From an uncultured delta proteobacterium (GTDB lineage Bacteria > Desulfobacterota > Syntrophobacteria > Syntrophobacterales > Syntrophobacteraceae), in contig CAWEHK010000025.1 of the NCBI GenBank assembly GCA_963808625.1, forward strand, positions 86,048 through 150,047: 64,000 nucleotides of DNA. Direction: 5' to 3'. The notes below the pieces were generated by a model. That model was not told the DNA's origin and searched no databases. It saw nothing but the letters and a program-made list of their open reading frames with translations. Every line of letters starts with the position of its first letter. Position 1 is the stretch's first letter. This document shows, piece after piece, positions 44,344 to 55,132 of this stretch. Both the position numbers and the translations under genes were made by a program.

Positions 44344-45078
44344 TTAACCGCAGAAGCGCAGAGAACGCAGGGCAGCCGATGGCCGCAACGGAATAGCCAC
44401 AGAGAAAGCAGGCAGAATGCCGCAGAACCGCAGAGAGCGCAGAGAACACAGAGAAAAAACTTAGAAGGGTGTCTAAAAACCCTCAAAAAGTGCCCTTGTG
44501 ATGGTTGGCATGCCGCATGGAAAAGTCCAAAATCGTCATTCCCGCATGCTTCTGGCGGGAATCCACGTACTGTTTGTGCCCTGGACCCCCGCCAGAAGCA
44601 TGCGGGGGTGACGACCGGAGGACCATTTTAGACACGCTTTTAAAGAGAGGTCCTGATAAAAATTCAAGAAACCAAACGCCAGATGGGCAGAGATGATGAC
44701 AGAATTGAATAAAATCACCGAAGCCGTCATTGGTGCGGCTAATTGCGGTTCATCGAGAGCTTGGTCCGGGTCTGCTTGAGTCAACCTATGAGGCATGTCT
44801 TGCGTATGAGTTGGTTGATCGAGGTTTGCGAGTTGAGCGGCAGAAAGCCCTCCCGGTAAAATATCGAGAGGTGTTGCTTGACTTATGTGGGGTTATTGAT
44901 CAACTTCAATGTCACTGAGCTGAGACGTGGGATAAGGCGCATGGTAAACAATGCCGAAAGAATAACCCTCCCTGTGATCGGTGTAATGCGATCATGCAGT
45001 TTCCTGAAAGTTCTATCATGATTTACTTTCTATATGTTCATTGTTTTCTCTGCGTTCTCTGCGTCCTCTGCGGTTAAT
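44344..45078. repeat. Inverted CGCAGAG element enclosing a MITE (44461-44643) and a GxxExxY gene
   Basis: TTAACCGCAGAAGCGCAGAG... on the left, CTCTGCGTTCTCTGCGTCCTCTGCGGTTAA on the right; the MITE has GTGTCTAAAA/TTTTAGACAC ends and an internal GTCATTCCCGC REP. Confidence 0.78.
44693..44970 (+). pseudogene. GxxExxY (PD-(D/E)xK) protein, internally deleted
   Basis: ITEAVIGAA..VHRELGPGLLESTYEACL.YEL...QK.LPV.Y....LD joined to GLLINFNV..L..GIRR; central catalytic segment missing. Confidence 0.8.
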
Positions 45079-45112
45079 TTTCTTGGGTTGTGGCCAATCA
45101 CAGCTTAAACCT

Positions 45113-45463
45113 TCACCCCGTCACCGCAGGAAGGCCCTTCAACGGCCTTGGCGAGGGCGGCATTGAGCAGCTCCAGCTCCTGCTTCGAGGGCAATGACTG
45201 CGGGAAGCAGATCGGCGGCGATTACCCTGGTCACTCAAAACCTCAAGACGGCGGGCGGCTTCAACGGACCGCCGGGCGCCGAAGGTGCTCACCAGGCCTT
45301 TGATGGTGTGAGCCAGGCGCGCTACGGTTCCGGCATCGGACCTGGCGATGGCGGCGCGCATTTCCCCGAATTGCCTCTTTGACTCTTCCTTCAGGACGGC
45401 TGCAAGTCCTTCGAAAATGGCCCTGTCACCATCCAGGTAGTGCATGGCCACAGTCCATATCAA
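45113..45463 (-). CDS. Hpt domain protein (probable frameshifts)
   Basis: L.GD..IF..L...........M..AI...D......AHTIKG....FGA......A..LE. Confidence 0.75.
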   Translation of the reverse strand: MIWTVAMHYLDGDRAIFEGLAAVLKEESKRQFGEMRAAIARSDAGTVARLAHTIKGLVSTFGARRSVEAARRLEVLSDQGNRRRSASRSHCPRSRSWSCSMPPSPRPLKGLPAVTG

Positions 45464-45481
45464 ATGGTTCTTCGTGTCTTA

Positions 45482-46417
45482 TCATTTTTTATCGGGTTCT
45501 TTGTTCGGTGAAGCACCCTTCTTGAAGTGTTCGGGGTAAAATCTGCTAAAGAAAGGGTAGTACTTGTCGACCAGTTTGATATAGGTCCCGTCCTCCACGA
45601 TTTTCTCGAAGAACTCATTGAAACTCTGCCTGAGAAGCTGGTTTTCCTTGGCAAACGCACAAGCCATGCTCTGGGGAGGTGAGAGGGGGCCGATGATCTT
45701 GAACTGCCCCGACCATTTTTCCAGGGCAATCAGCGCGTCGGGCATGTCCAGCAGGGAGAGGGGCGCCTCGCCTTTGATGATGCTGGGGACTAATTCATTC
45801 AGACTTCCGGCAAAATTGATACTTTCCGCACCGGCCGCTTTTATATTGTAGAGTGATGGATCGAGACACGTATCAGCTTTACCCAATAGTCGCTGTCCTT
45901 TGAGAAGTGATCTCACCGCAAGAATATCTTTGTCGATATCCCCGGAAGGCTTGATGGGAGTTATGGGAGAATCGGCGCGCGCGATGAGCCAGATCTGGGT
46001 TGGGAAGGTGGGGACGGAGTAGTCCACCATTTTCTCGCGAAGGGGAAGCACCGTGAAACCGTTGGCGAGGATATCCCCTTTATGGGAGCTTCGCCGACCA
46101 CGGTAACATGGTCTCCGCTGGTGACAAATTTCTTGCCGGTAAGATCTCCGATCACGGTTTCCCAACCGGTGGGGACATACTGGTATTTAACCCCAAGGTG
46201 TTGCGCATAAAGTTTTATTAATTCAACATCGAGGCCTTCGCTTCCATCTTCTGAAACAAAATTGGCATAAGGGATCCCCAGGTGCCGCAGGACGCCGGCT
46301 TTCTTTATCTCCGGCAGGTCTGCGCACCAACCCCCAGGAGTAAAGAAACGAGGTCACCGCAATGAGCACGATGAGAATTCCTGGCGCCGCAGGGTGACGT
46401 CCTCTTCTTGTAAACAT
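45482..46417 (-). CDS. Second family-3 solute-binding protein, paralog of 39953 (frameshifted)
   Basis: ADLPEIKKAGVLRHLGIPYANFV, GDILANG, PTFPTQIWL, DTCLDP.LY. Confidence 0.82.
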
Positions 46418-46684
46418 CTTCAGGCTCCCATCGATTCAGGGACCTTGAGACAGTTACTCGGTACACCACGGCAGACTCAAGCGACCATCTTCCTGCCGCG
46501 TCATTCCGGCAAAAACCGGAATCCAGAAAGATCGCCTGGATTCCGGCGTTCGCCGGTATGACGAAATAGATTGGGGCAGGTATTTCTTCGGACTTGCCCT
46601 TTTCGCGGCCAGTCCACCACCCCTTGCGGGATTCCGAAATCAGCGTTGCCCCAATCAATGCCTGCAGCAGAGTGCTTCTCGGCC

Positions 46685-47190
46685 CTACTTGCCGGCAGTC
46701 ATCGAAACCTCAAGCAGCGCGTTCCTCGGCAGGGCCCCTGCCTGGATCGTGGCCCGAGCGGGAAGATACACGCCGGCACAATCGCAGCCGCACGCACTGG
46801 GAGGACCAGCGGTGTAGGTGCACGCGCACCCGAGGTCCTCTCCATAAGCGCAGTTGAATTCATTGAACTGATTGATGTCTTTTAGATAAACGGTAGTCAT
46901 GATGACATCATCGAAGCTCATCTTGGCCTCTTCGAGGATGGCCTTAAGATTTGCCATGACCTGATGGGTTGCATCGGTCATATTCGAGCTTACAAGGACC
47001 CATTTGGAGTCAGAGGAATCTGACCCGAGGTGAAGAGAAAGTCCCCGTACTTGATACCCTGGGAGTAGGGCCCTACGGCGGCGGGGGCGCCGGGCGTGGA
47101 GACGACCTTCGGGTCCTTGGCCAGGGCGACCGTGCCGAACACCAAAACCACCAACACAATCAGGAAAACATTCAGACTAACTTTCTTCAT
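46685..47190 (-). CDS. ridA: RidA/YjgF-family protein with an N-terminal signal peptide and Cys-rich insertion (frameshift near 46990)
   Basis: APAAVGPYSQG, LFTSGQIPL, NLKAILE, TVYLKD...F..FN..Y, PARA, LLEVS. Confidence 0.85.
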
Positions 47191-47441
47191 GGAATTCTCC
47201 TTTTGCTAGGAACCGGTAACGGACTCGTTCAAGAGATGCCATTCCCACTCCGCACTCTGGTAAAGATACCTTTTTGCGCCAACTGATGTCAATACGCTCA
47301 ACTTGGCAATTCTTTGCGCCATCACCTCCTTTCATTCTACCGGTGATCCTGAAGCGACAGGCCATCTTCAACCCGGCATCGCAACCATCGAGCAAACCTC
47401 CGGCCCCCGGACCCGACTTTGCTCCTGGAAGAATTGAGTAT

Positions 47442-47457
47442 AGCAACGGTCATGCCA
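47442..47457 (-). promoter_or_regulatory. Putative sigma-54 promoter of the ridA-like gene
   Basis: TGGCATGACCGTTGCT. Confidence 0.65.
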
Positions 47458-47572
47458 TCTGCTCAGCAGACATAATTTTCTCTTCCGCCACTGCATAACG
47501 ATGAGCCGGTCCCTGTTTTTCACCGCCGGGGGGCCGCCCAGACAGAGTTACTGACTCTGAAATCATTGGATT

Positions 47573-47867
47573 TCTCTGCGTTCTCCGCGTGCTCTGCGGT
47601 CAATTTCCGCGTTTCCCAAGAAGAAGGTCCTGAACCTCAATACGTATATCTCGAAATGGTCGCGACGCCATTGATCGCCATTTTGGCGGAAGTCGGGCTC
47701 CAGGCAATTTTTCTGGATCCCGGTTTTCACCGGAAAGACGCGTCAGGGGTATGGTCACTTTATTGCGCGATTCTGTATTGATTAGGGTTTTCTCTGCGAT
47801 CTCTGCGGTTCATTCATTCGGTTGCGGCCATTGGCGACGCTGCGATCTCTGCGACCTCTGCGGTTAA
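47573..47867. repeat. CTCTGCG repeats with an embedded degenerate REP/MITE
   Basis: CTCTGCGTTCTCCGCGTGCTCTGCGGT; 47640-47780 resembles 52905-52990 and, inverted, 46460-46565. Confidence 0.65.
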
Positions 47868-47895
47868 TTCCTCCTTGCCGACCGCTTCGCTTGCG

Positions 47896-48189
47896 CTACC
47901 GGGCGACACGCAGGACCGCTGTCCCGGTCACAGTCAAGGACTGGGGAAGCCCAGGATAGTGAAACACGGATTGAAATGTCAGGCGGGCGTGGACCTGAAC
48001 ATATTCGATGAGTCGGTGGCCCGTTGCACAGGGTGACGGAGTTGAGCTACAGGCAACCTTTGTGCCGGGCTGGTGCGAGCACTCGCAGAAGCGGAGCGGG
48101 GTGACGGTTATGCCGCTCAAAACCACCGGTTGCGTCCCGGCATCGTCCCTGGCCAAAGATTGGCCGGTCAACTGCCGGAATGACGACAA
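47896..48189 (-). pseudogene. C-terminal part of a TadE-like minor pilin
   Basis: FCEC...VAC....C......YVQV.A...F..VF.YPGLP.S.T.TG.AVLRV; no prepilin N-terminus found. Confidence 0.55.
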
Positions 48190-48191
48190 CG

Positions 48192-48956
48192 TTACCTCTC
48201 GCTATATGGTGATGAAGTACACCAGGCTATGGTTTTCTCAGCGTTCTCTGCGCCCTCTGCGGTTCCTGTTTGCGTTGCGCTCTGGGCGGTAACGGTTTGG
48301 GTTGCGCCCGCGACAGCAACTTTTTGCGTTGCGGCCTCAACAGCTCCAAGTCGAGAACGTTCAGTCACTTCATCGCCATTTTTCCCTGGGGCAACTTTCT
48401 GCCCTGCGGTCCTGGCAGCCCGGAGCAGTGCCTCCGCACTCTCGCCATCGAAGGGGTAGAGGCTGAGGCGTGTGGCAGCGGTAACGGACACTTCCCGCCC
48501 CCCCAGGGAAAATGGCGCGGCGAGGGCGCGGCGAATACGGCGGGCCACTTTCGTTGCGTCAGAGGGCTTTTTGATGCTCGTCAGGCAAATGGCGAACGCT
48601 TCACTCCCCGAAGCTGCAGCCTGGCAGCGCCCGGCCTCGAGGTGCAAACGGGCAACGCAATCGCTGCGCCGAATCAGTCCGGACATGCGATTCGCTGCCT
48701 CTTGCAGCAGTACCTCCTCGGCAGGCTGGGGCGAGGAGCCGTCCAGCCCGGGAAAGCCGCCCGGATACACAAGCAGCACGGCCACGATCCGGTGGCAGCG
48801 GCGGGCGAAAGCCAGAGCCTCGTCGAGAAAATTCATAAAGTTCTGAAGGTTCGGCAGTCCAGGCGAGATGAAGTGAGCTTTCACCAGGCTCGCATTCCTC
48901 TGGTGAAACCTCTCATCGCTCCAGCTTTCGCCCAAACTTGCCAACACGTCACGCAT
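48192..48956 (-). CDS. Degenerate GGDEF-domain protein
   Basis: GLPN...F...L..ALA.ARR....VAVL, IRRSDCVARL, GSEAF in place of GGDEF, PF.L.G....V.A, YPFDG...E.LLR.A. Confidence 0.7.
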   Translation of the reverse strand: MRDVLASLGESWSDERFHQRNASLVKAHFISPGLPNLQNFMNFLDEALAFARRCHRIVAVLLVYPGGFPGLDGSSPQPAEEVLLQEAANRMSGLIRRSDCVARLHLEAGRCQAAASGSEAFAICLTSIKKPSDATKVARRIRRALAAPFSLGGREVSVTAATRLSLYPFDGESAEALLRAARTAGQKVAPGKNGDEVTERSRLGAVEAATQKVAVAGATQTVTAQSATQTGTAEGAENAEKTIAWCTSSPYSER

Positions 48957-49180
48957 CTCCAGACTCCATGTCTCATACTCGTTAAGGATGACATGCTTCT
49001 ATTTTGGCACAATCCCTCCGCCGATCTTCGCGTACGCGTACCTGGACGAGCACTTCCCTCACCCTGGCATACTCTTCTTCAATCATGGACAAGATCTCCA
49101 GGGATTTCCTCCCGTCACTCGCCCGTGAGGCCTCCTCCATTCTTCTGCTGAGGCGCACCAGGTTATGGGTTGCGACGCCC

Positions 49181-49867
49181 TCACCGGAGAGCGCCGAAGG
49201 CAGATCTTCCCCGGCCATTGTCGGTGGAGGAAACCCCCGCCGCCACCCTTCCCCGGGCCTGCTCATTGGCGCCGGCAGCCGCATCTTTCAAGCGCTTGAA
49301 CTCCAGCATGGTCTGGTCAAGACATTTCTTGGCCTTGGCGAACACCGACGCCTGCGCCGCAAGCTCATGTTTCAGGCGCTCGCCCTTCGATTCAATGGAC
49401 GCATCGAGCATCCGGACGTGATCCAGGAGTTCGTCAAACCCTTGCTTATCAACCGCAAAGGCGAGGCCTCCAGGGAAGCTGAAAGCGGAATTATCTCCAC
49501 GGGCAGAAGTGGGTCTGGAAACCTTGATTCCCGGCTTTTCACAGGCAGCAACCGGGGAGCTGTTGTCTTTGGCATAAATGGAGGTTGCCAGGATGGGCGG
49601 CTTCGCTTCCAGGCCGGCGAGGTTTTTTGCCAACTTTGCCTGGTCGCGGACCGTGAGAGGCGCACGGCAATCGAGGGCGAGCTTTTCCCCGATATCGTTC
49701 AGCCCCTTAATCAAGCGGCCTCTTTCGACCGTCAGATCGTAAGCGAGAAAAACGATCCCTGCGGTAACCGTCGGCACGAGACTCACCAGCAGCCGGAAGG
49801 TCACGAGCCTCGCTTTGATCGTGGTGTGGAAACCGATTCTCACGGGTTTCTCTTCTTTTTTGGCCAT
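49181..49867 (-). CDS. Remnant of a membrane sensor (TM plus CHASE-like periplasmic domain)
   Basis: TIKARL...TM...AYD, APL...D...A...LA.L...P.I....IY; no output domain in frame. Confidence 0.45.
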   Translation of the reverse strand: MAKKEEKPVRIGFHTTIKARLVTFRLLVSLVPTVTAGIVFLAYDLTVERGRLIKGLNDIGEKLALDCRAPLTVRDQAKLAKNLAGLEAKPPILATSIYAKDNSSPVAACEKPGIKVSRPTSARGDNSAFSFPGGLAFAVDKQGFDELLDHVRMLDASIESKGERLKHELAAQASVFAKAKKCLDQTMLEFKRLKDAAAGANEQARGRVAAGVSSTDNGRGRSAFGALR

Positions 49868-50298
49868 CCCTGCTGTTCCTTTGCGGCGTTTCTACTGTTG
49901 GTAGAGCATTACCCTGATCGCGGGCCCTCGCGGGCTGCCGGCAACCGCCCTGATTCCTTTGAGAGAGCCGTTTTCAGTGCCGATCTACTCCGGGTAGAGC
50001 CGCTCTACCAAAAGGAGGGCCAAGTCCCTCTTCCTCACTCCGCACTGCTTTGGCCCAGGCTGCGAGCCGGTGGATTCTAGCGACCCGCTCTTGGTCCAGC
50101 GGGTGGAGCTCGCTCAATGCCCGGTGCAGCGCCGCCAGGGCGTCATGGATTTGGGCTACGAGCTTGCTTGAAGTTTCTGCGGCCGACATGGCTTTCCCCC
50201 GTGTTGCGTGTGATTCCACGTCGAAAGGTAGCAATAACTGTACCGTTGAGGCAGGGAGGCCGGAAAAGAGGCGCCGAAAGTTCCGGCATTGCCTTCGA

Positions 50299-50680
50299 TC
50301 AGGAGACGATGGTCAACTGGGAGGTGGCACTCGAGGTTATGGCGTTATGGTTGATAGAGGGCGTGATCGGAGTAAAGGCGGTCTGCACCTGAACCCGGAC
50401 GGTGCTCCCCGGCTTGTTATCGGGGTCCCTGGTCGTGGTAACGGAGATCTCAACGCCGACAACTTGAGCCTTGACATCGTTCTCAATAGCAACAGCCGAT
50501 GCGCGGGAGAGGCTCTTGGCGCCGTGAAAGGAGGCGCAGCGCGTGGCCCTGGCAGACGGCGTAAGACACGGTCGTGGAGGCATACATGGCCCGCCCAAAG
50601 GCGATGGCGCCGATGGTCAGCAGCAAAAACACCGGTAGCAGGAACGCAAGTTCGATAGCAAAATTTCCCTTACGGTTCAT
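50299..50680 (-). CDS. tadE: TadE-like minor pilin (frameshift near 50540)
   Basis: MNRKG|NFAIELAFLLPVFLLL..G...FG prepilin motif; PG.TV.V.V...FTPITP; GGAGG RBS. Confidence 0.78.
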
Positions 50681-51226
50681 ATGCCTCCTCAGCTTCCTTG
50701 GCATGGGTGCCATCTCCCCGGGTCTTCTGCTATCGGGCCCGGATTTCGGCAGTGCGCGACAGGGCCCTGCTGCGACTCATCCTTGTCAGGCCGACAACCT
50801 TCATGTGGGCGGACTCAGGAACCAACTGCAGAGCACGCAAAGATCGCGAAGAAACGCAAAAATCTCAGAGCTCTCTCTGTGCACTCTGCGTTCTCCGCGG
50901 TTAAGAAAGGACCTTCGCCCTTAACCACTATTTCTTCTATCTCCCCGGGGTACCGCCGGGGGGAGGAGGCACCACCGATTGCCTGCCGGACCTTTTTCAG
51001 GTTATCATTTATGTCTGCGTAGAAGGAGGTGCGCAGTTCCGTGGCCCTCTGGAAGCAGGCTGCCGTCCTTTCGTAGACCCCGTTATCCAGACAAAGGCGC
51101 CCATGATTGTTATCGGCCTGCGCCTCATCGCCTCCGTGGGGGAAGGTCACGGGCTTTCGAGGCGTCGCCAGGCGTTGTTTCGAGGGTACCTTTCGACGCC
51201 TGGCGGGAACGGTTTGGTCATTGCTG

Positions 51227-52660
51227 CTAACTCGCCGGGAACGGATACGACAGCCCTGAAGGCACCGGAAGATAATCCTTGCCGTCTCCTCCTCCCTGGA
51301 TGGCGGAGGAATGGATGGCATGCTTCTTCATTTTCTTCCACAGATTCTTCGCGCCCAGGCCCAGCAATTCGGCGGCCTGAACCTGGACCCCGGCGGTCTT
51401 GCGGAGTGCTTCGATGATCAGGCTTCGCTCGATTTCCTGGAGGGTGTTACTGAGGGAGTCGCAAGGCAAGGCCATCGCGAGACATTGCCTAATAGGCGAC
51501 GCGGCGAACGCCGATTGCACATCGCTCAACGAAAGCACTCGCGTCGCGCAGTGAATCGCGGCTCGCTCCACCACATTGGACAGCTCTCGTACATTCCCGG
51601 GCCATCCGTAAAAGAGCAGAGCCTCCATCGCGTCCTTGGTGATAAAGTGGATACAGGTCCTCAGTTTCAGATTGATCTTCCAGAGAAAATGATGCGCCAG
51701 GAGCGGGACATCCTCCCTTCTTTCGCGCAAAGGGGGAAGGTGGATGGCGGCCACATTGAGGCGGTAATAGAGATCTCCCCGAAGTTTTTTCTCGGCAATC
51801 AGTTCCTGTAAGTCCCGATTGGTGGAAGCAATGAGGCGCACATCCACGGCGAGGGGCTTTCTCCCCGCGAGGCGGTCGACTTCTTTTTGCTCCACCGCCC
51901 GCAGGAGCTTGCCCTGGATTGAGATCGGCATCTCGCCCACTTCATCGAGAACGAGCGACCCCTTGTTCGCCAGTTCGAACTTCCCCGGCTTTTGGATGTG
52001 CGCCCCGGTGAAAGCGCCTTTCTCGTGCCCGAAGAGTTCGCTCTCCAGCATCGTTTCGGGAATGGCCGCGCAATTGACCTGGACCAGGGGGCCGCCGGCC
52101 CGCCGGCTTTGGTCGTGAATCATCTCGGCCACGAGCTCTTTCCCGGTCCCACTTTCGCCGGTGATGAGGACGGTGGTGTCGAGCGGGGCGATGCGGTCGA
52201 TCAGTGCCTTCACGGCCTTGATGGCGTCACTTTCGCCGATGAGCACCCTCTCGTCCTGCAATCGCTGGCGTAACCTATTGATTTCAGAATTCAGTTTGCT
52301 TTTCTCAACGCCTCTTCTGACAACCGTTTGAATTTCCGTCAAGCTGAAGGGTTTGGTGAAATAGTCGTAAGCACCCTTTTGGATTGCTTCGAAGGCCAGG
52401 TCCGTCGTCCCGTAGGCGGTAATGACAATGATCTCCAACTCCGCAGCAAGCTCCTTCATGAGTGGGATGGCGTCCAGGCCGGACATTCCAGGGAGCCTGA
52501 TGTCGAGGATCGCGAGGGTGAAAGAAGAAATTCTCAACTTCTCCAGGGCTTCCTCGGCCGAAATCGTCCCCACAACCGCATAGCCCTCCTTTTCCAGCAC
52601 CTTGCTAAGAGCAAATCTCATGCTGTGATCATCTTCCACCACCAAGATTTTTTCTGGCAT
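51227..52660 (-). CDS. Sigma-54-dependent response regulator (REC-AAA+-HTH)
   Basis: ILVVEDD, LDIRLPG, GESGTGKE, ESELFGHEKGAFTGA, WPGNVREL; ATG at 52660 with GGAGG. Confidence 0.92.
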   Translation of the reverse strand: MPEKILVVEDDHSMRFALSKVLEKEGYAVVGTISAEEALEKLRISSFTLAILDIRLPGMSGLDAIPLMKELAAELEIIVITAYGTTDLAFEAIQKGAYDYFTKPFSLTEIQTVVRRGVEKSKLNSEINRLRQRLQDERVLIGESDAIKAVKALIDRIAPLDTTVLITGESGTGKELVAEMIHDQSRRAGGPLVQVNCAAIPETMLESELFGHEKGAFTGAHIQKPGKFELANKGSLVLDEVGEMPISIQGKLLRAVEQKEVDRLAGRKPLAVDVRLIASTNRDLQELIAEKKLRGDLYYRLNVAAIHLPPLRERREDVPLLAHHFLWKINLKLRTCIHFITKDAMEALLFYGWPGNVRELSNVVERAAIHCATRVLSLSDVQSAFAASPIRQCLAMALPCDSLSNTLQEIERSLIIEALRKTAGVQVQAAELLGLGAKNLWKKMKKHAIHSSAIQGGGDGKDYLPVPSGLSYPFPAS

Positions 52661-52784
52661 GAACGCCTCCAATGTGTGATAAGGAGTCAAGAAGGCGGGA
52701 GCACCTGTAACAATGTTGCGCCAACTCCCTGTTCTCCTGTTCGATCGCTCGAACTGCCTGTGCGACTCTCCCTCGCCTGAAAAT

Positions 52785-52800
52785 AGCAAACAGCGTGCCA
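52785..52800 (-). promoter_or_regulatory. Sigma-54 promoter upstream of the activator gene
   Basis: TGGCACGCTGTTTGCT, near-perfect consensus. Confidence 0.8.
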
Positions 52801-52989
52801 GGTCGAGAGTGAATCTGGGGGAGGCGGCGAGCAGAGCTGCGCAACCGATGGCCACAACCAACACATTAACCGCAGAGGGCGCTCAGAACGCAGAGAAACC
52901 CATTAGGAACTATCTCAACATGGTCAAAACGCCGTTGATCGTCATTCCGGCGAAAGCCGGAAGCCAGTCTTTCCTAGGGATTCTGGACC

Positions 52990-53502
52990 TCTCCCGGCAG
53001 CCGGCAGTGGAGATCAAACCGGTGGATCTTGGCGCGCTCCTGTCCAACGCTTCTCTGCTTGCCCGGCAGGCCTATCCCCAAAAAGCGGTGCGCATCCCTG
53101 AAAATTATCTAATCCGATGGGATCTCAACTGGTTGGCGATGCCGCCAAACTCATGCACGCCTTTCTCGGCATCTTTGTCAATGCTATCGAGGCTTCTCCG
53201 GAGGGTCATCGATCGAGGTTTCGGCGAACTACCTCTCTCATGAATCGCCGTCAAAACGATCGGTCCGAATCTCCATTGCCGATCATGGGACCGGAATCCC
53301 GCCTGAAGATTTGGACCGGATTTTCGAGCCTTTCTTTTCGACGAAACCGGGTGGGTCAGGTCTCGGCTTGTGTCTGGCCTATCACATCATTGCTGCCCAT
53401 GGCGGCATTATCAAGGTCTTCAGCCAACCTGGCCGGGGGAGCACTTTTTCGGTTACCCTGCCCGAGAACAATTTCGAACCTTTTGAGATAGCACAAGGAT
53501 AA
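52990..53502 (+). pseudogene. Truncated histidine kinase (HATPase part only), 5' end replaced by repeats
   Basis: [41 protein letters not shown]; begins directly after a REP. Confidence 0.7.
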
Positions 53503-53503
53503 G

Positions 53504-54886
53504 ATGATGCCCGAGAAGATCCTGGTGATAGACGATGACTTAGGCATGAGATACGCGCTTTCGGAGGCGCTCAGGAAGTCCGGGTACCTCGTCGATCTGG
53601 CAAACTCCGCCGAAGAAGCCCTGCAAAAGATCCGTACGGCTCCATACGAGCTTTTGCTCCTCGATGTGAGACTGCCGGGAATGTCGGGTATCGACGCGCT
53701 GCCCCTTTTCAAGCAGATCGACCCCGGCGTGGACATCATTGTCATTACCGGGCATGGGACCAAGGATATCGCTCTGCAAGCCATCCAGATGGGGGCCTAC
53801 GACTATTTCACCAAGCCCTTCAGTCTCAAGGAAATCGAGATTGTAGTCAAAAGGGCCATGGGTAAGCGCCATCTTGAATCCGAAGTCAAGACGCTTGAGA
53901 GAAGAAATCAAATACGGCGGCAAGCTTATCGGTCAAAGCGACGGCATGAAGGCGGTGAAGGCTTTGATCAACCGCATCGCCCCGCTCGACACCACCGTCC
54001 TCATCACCGGCGAGAGCGGGACCGGGAAAGAGCTTGTGGCCGAGATGATTCACGACCAAAGCCGGCGGGCCGGCGGCCCCCTGGTCAAGGTCAACTGCGC
54101 GGCCATTCCCGAAACAATGCTCGAGAGCGAACTCTTCGGGCACGAGAAAGGCGCTTTCACCGGGGCGCACATCCAAAAGCCGGGGAAGTTCGAACTGGCG
54201 AACAAGGGGTCGCTCGTTCTCGATGAAGTGGGCGAGATGCCGATCTCGATCCAGGGCAAGCTCCTGCGGGCGGTGGAGCAAAAAGAAGTAGACCGCCTCG
54301 GGGGAAGGAAGCCCATCGCCGTGGATGTGCGCCTCATTGCTTCCACCAATCGGGACTTGCAGGAACTGATTGCCGAGAAACAGTTTCGGGGAGACCTCTA
54401 TTACCGCCTCAATGTGGCCGCCATCCACCTTCCCCCTTTGCGCGAGAGAAGGGAGGATATCCCGCTCCTGGCGCAGCACCTCCTGGATAAGATCAATTTC
54501 AAACTGGGCATGAGCCTTCGCGGCATCAGCAAGGAAGGCGTGGGATGCCTGTTGGCCTATCACTGGCCGGGGAACGTCAGGGAACTTGCCAACGTCCTCG
54601 AAAGAGCGGCGATTTCCGGGTCCCAGGAGGTCCTGACCCTGAGTGACCTGCAGAACATTCTCGAGCGTTCAACCGCTGGTCCCGCATTCACCCTCGCCCG
54701 GAGGAGGCTCCCATTTCGCTCAGCGCCACGCTGGAAGAAATCGAGAGGGCCATCATTGTGAGCGCGCTGCAAAAAACCGCAGGGGTCCAGGTCAAGGCCG
54801 CGGAACTGCTGGGCTTGACCCCCAAGAACCTCTGGAAAAAAATGCGGATGCTTGGAATCTCGGCGGATAAGTTCAAACGGCATTGA
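53504..54886 (+). CDS. Second sigma-54-dependent response regulator (frameshifts near 53895 and 54710)
   Basis: REC, GESGTGKE, GAFTGA, WPGNVREL, AAELLG...KNLWKKM. Confidence 0.88.
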
Positions 54887-54955
54887 AGCAAGGTGCGCGA
54901 AATCCCCATAGCGAGGATTGGTCGAGAGGACCCTCATTTTCGTGGACTCAGCACT

Positions 54956-55095
54956 TAACCGCAGAGAGCGCAGGGCAGCCGATGGCCGCAGCCAAAAGAA
55001 TGAACCGCAGAGAACGCAGAGAGCGCAGAGGAATAGAGAGCTGAAAAAAACCTTGATAAAATCTCAAGAAACTGAACGTTCGCAACGCAGAGAAA
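54956..55095. repeat. CGCAGAG repeat cluster
   Basis: TTAACCGCAGAGAGCGCAGGGCAGCCGATGGCCGCA...CCGCAGAGAACGCAGAGAGCGCAGAG. Confidence 0.75.
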
Positions 55096-55132
55096 TGCAA
55101 AGTTTTAAGGTCGAAGCACCCCTCCACGCCCC

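Noticed and set aside
52661..52864. N-terminal extension of the 545-aa activator ORF
   Set aside because: Overlaps a consensus sigma-54 promoter; the paralog and RBS indicate a start at 52660
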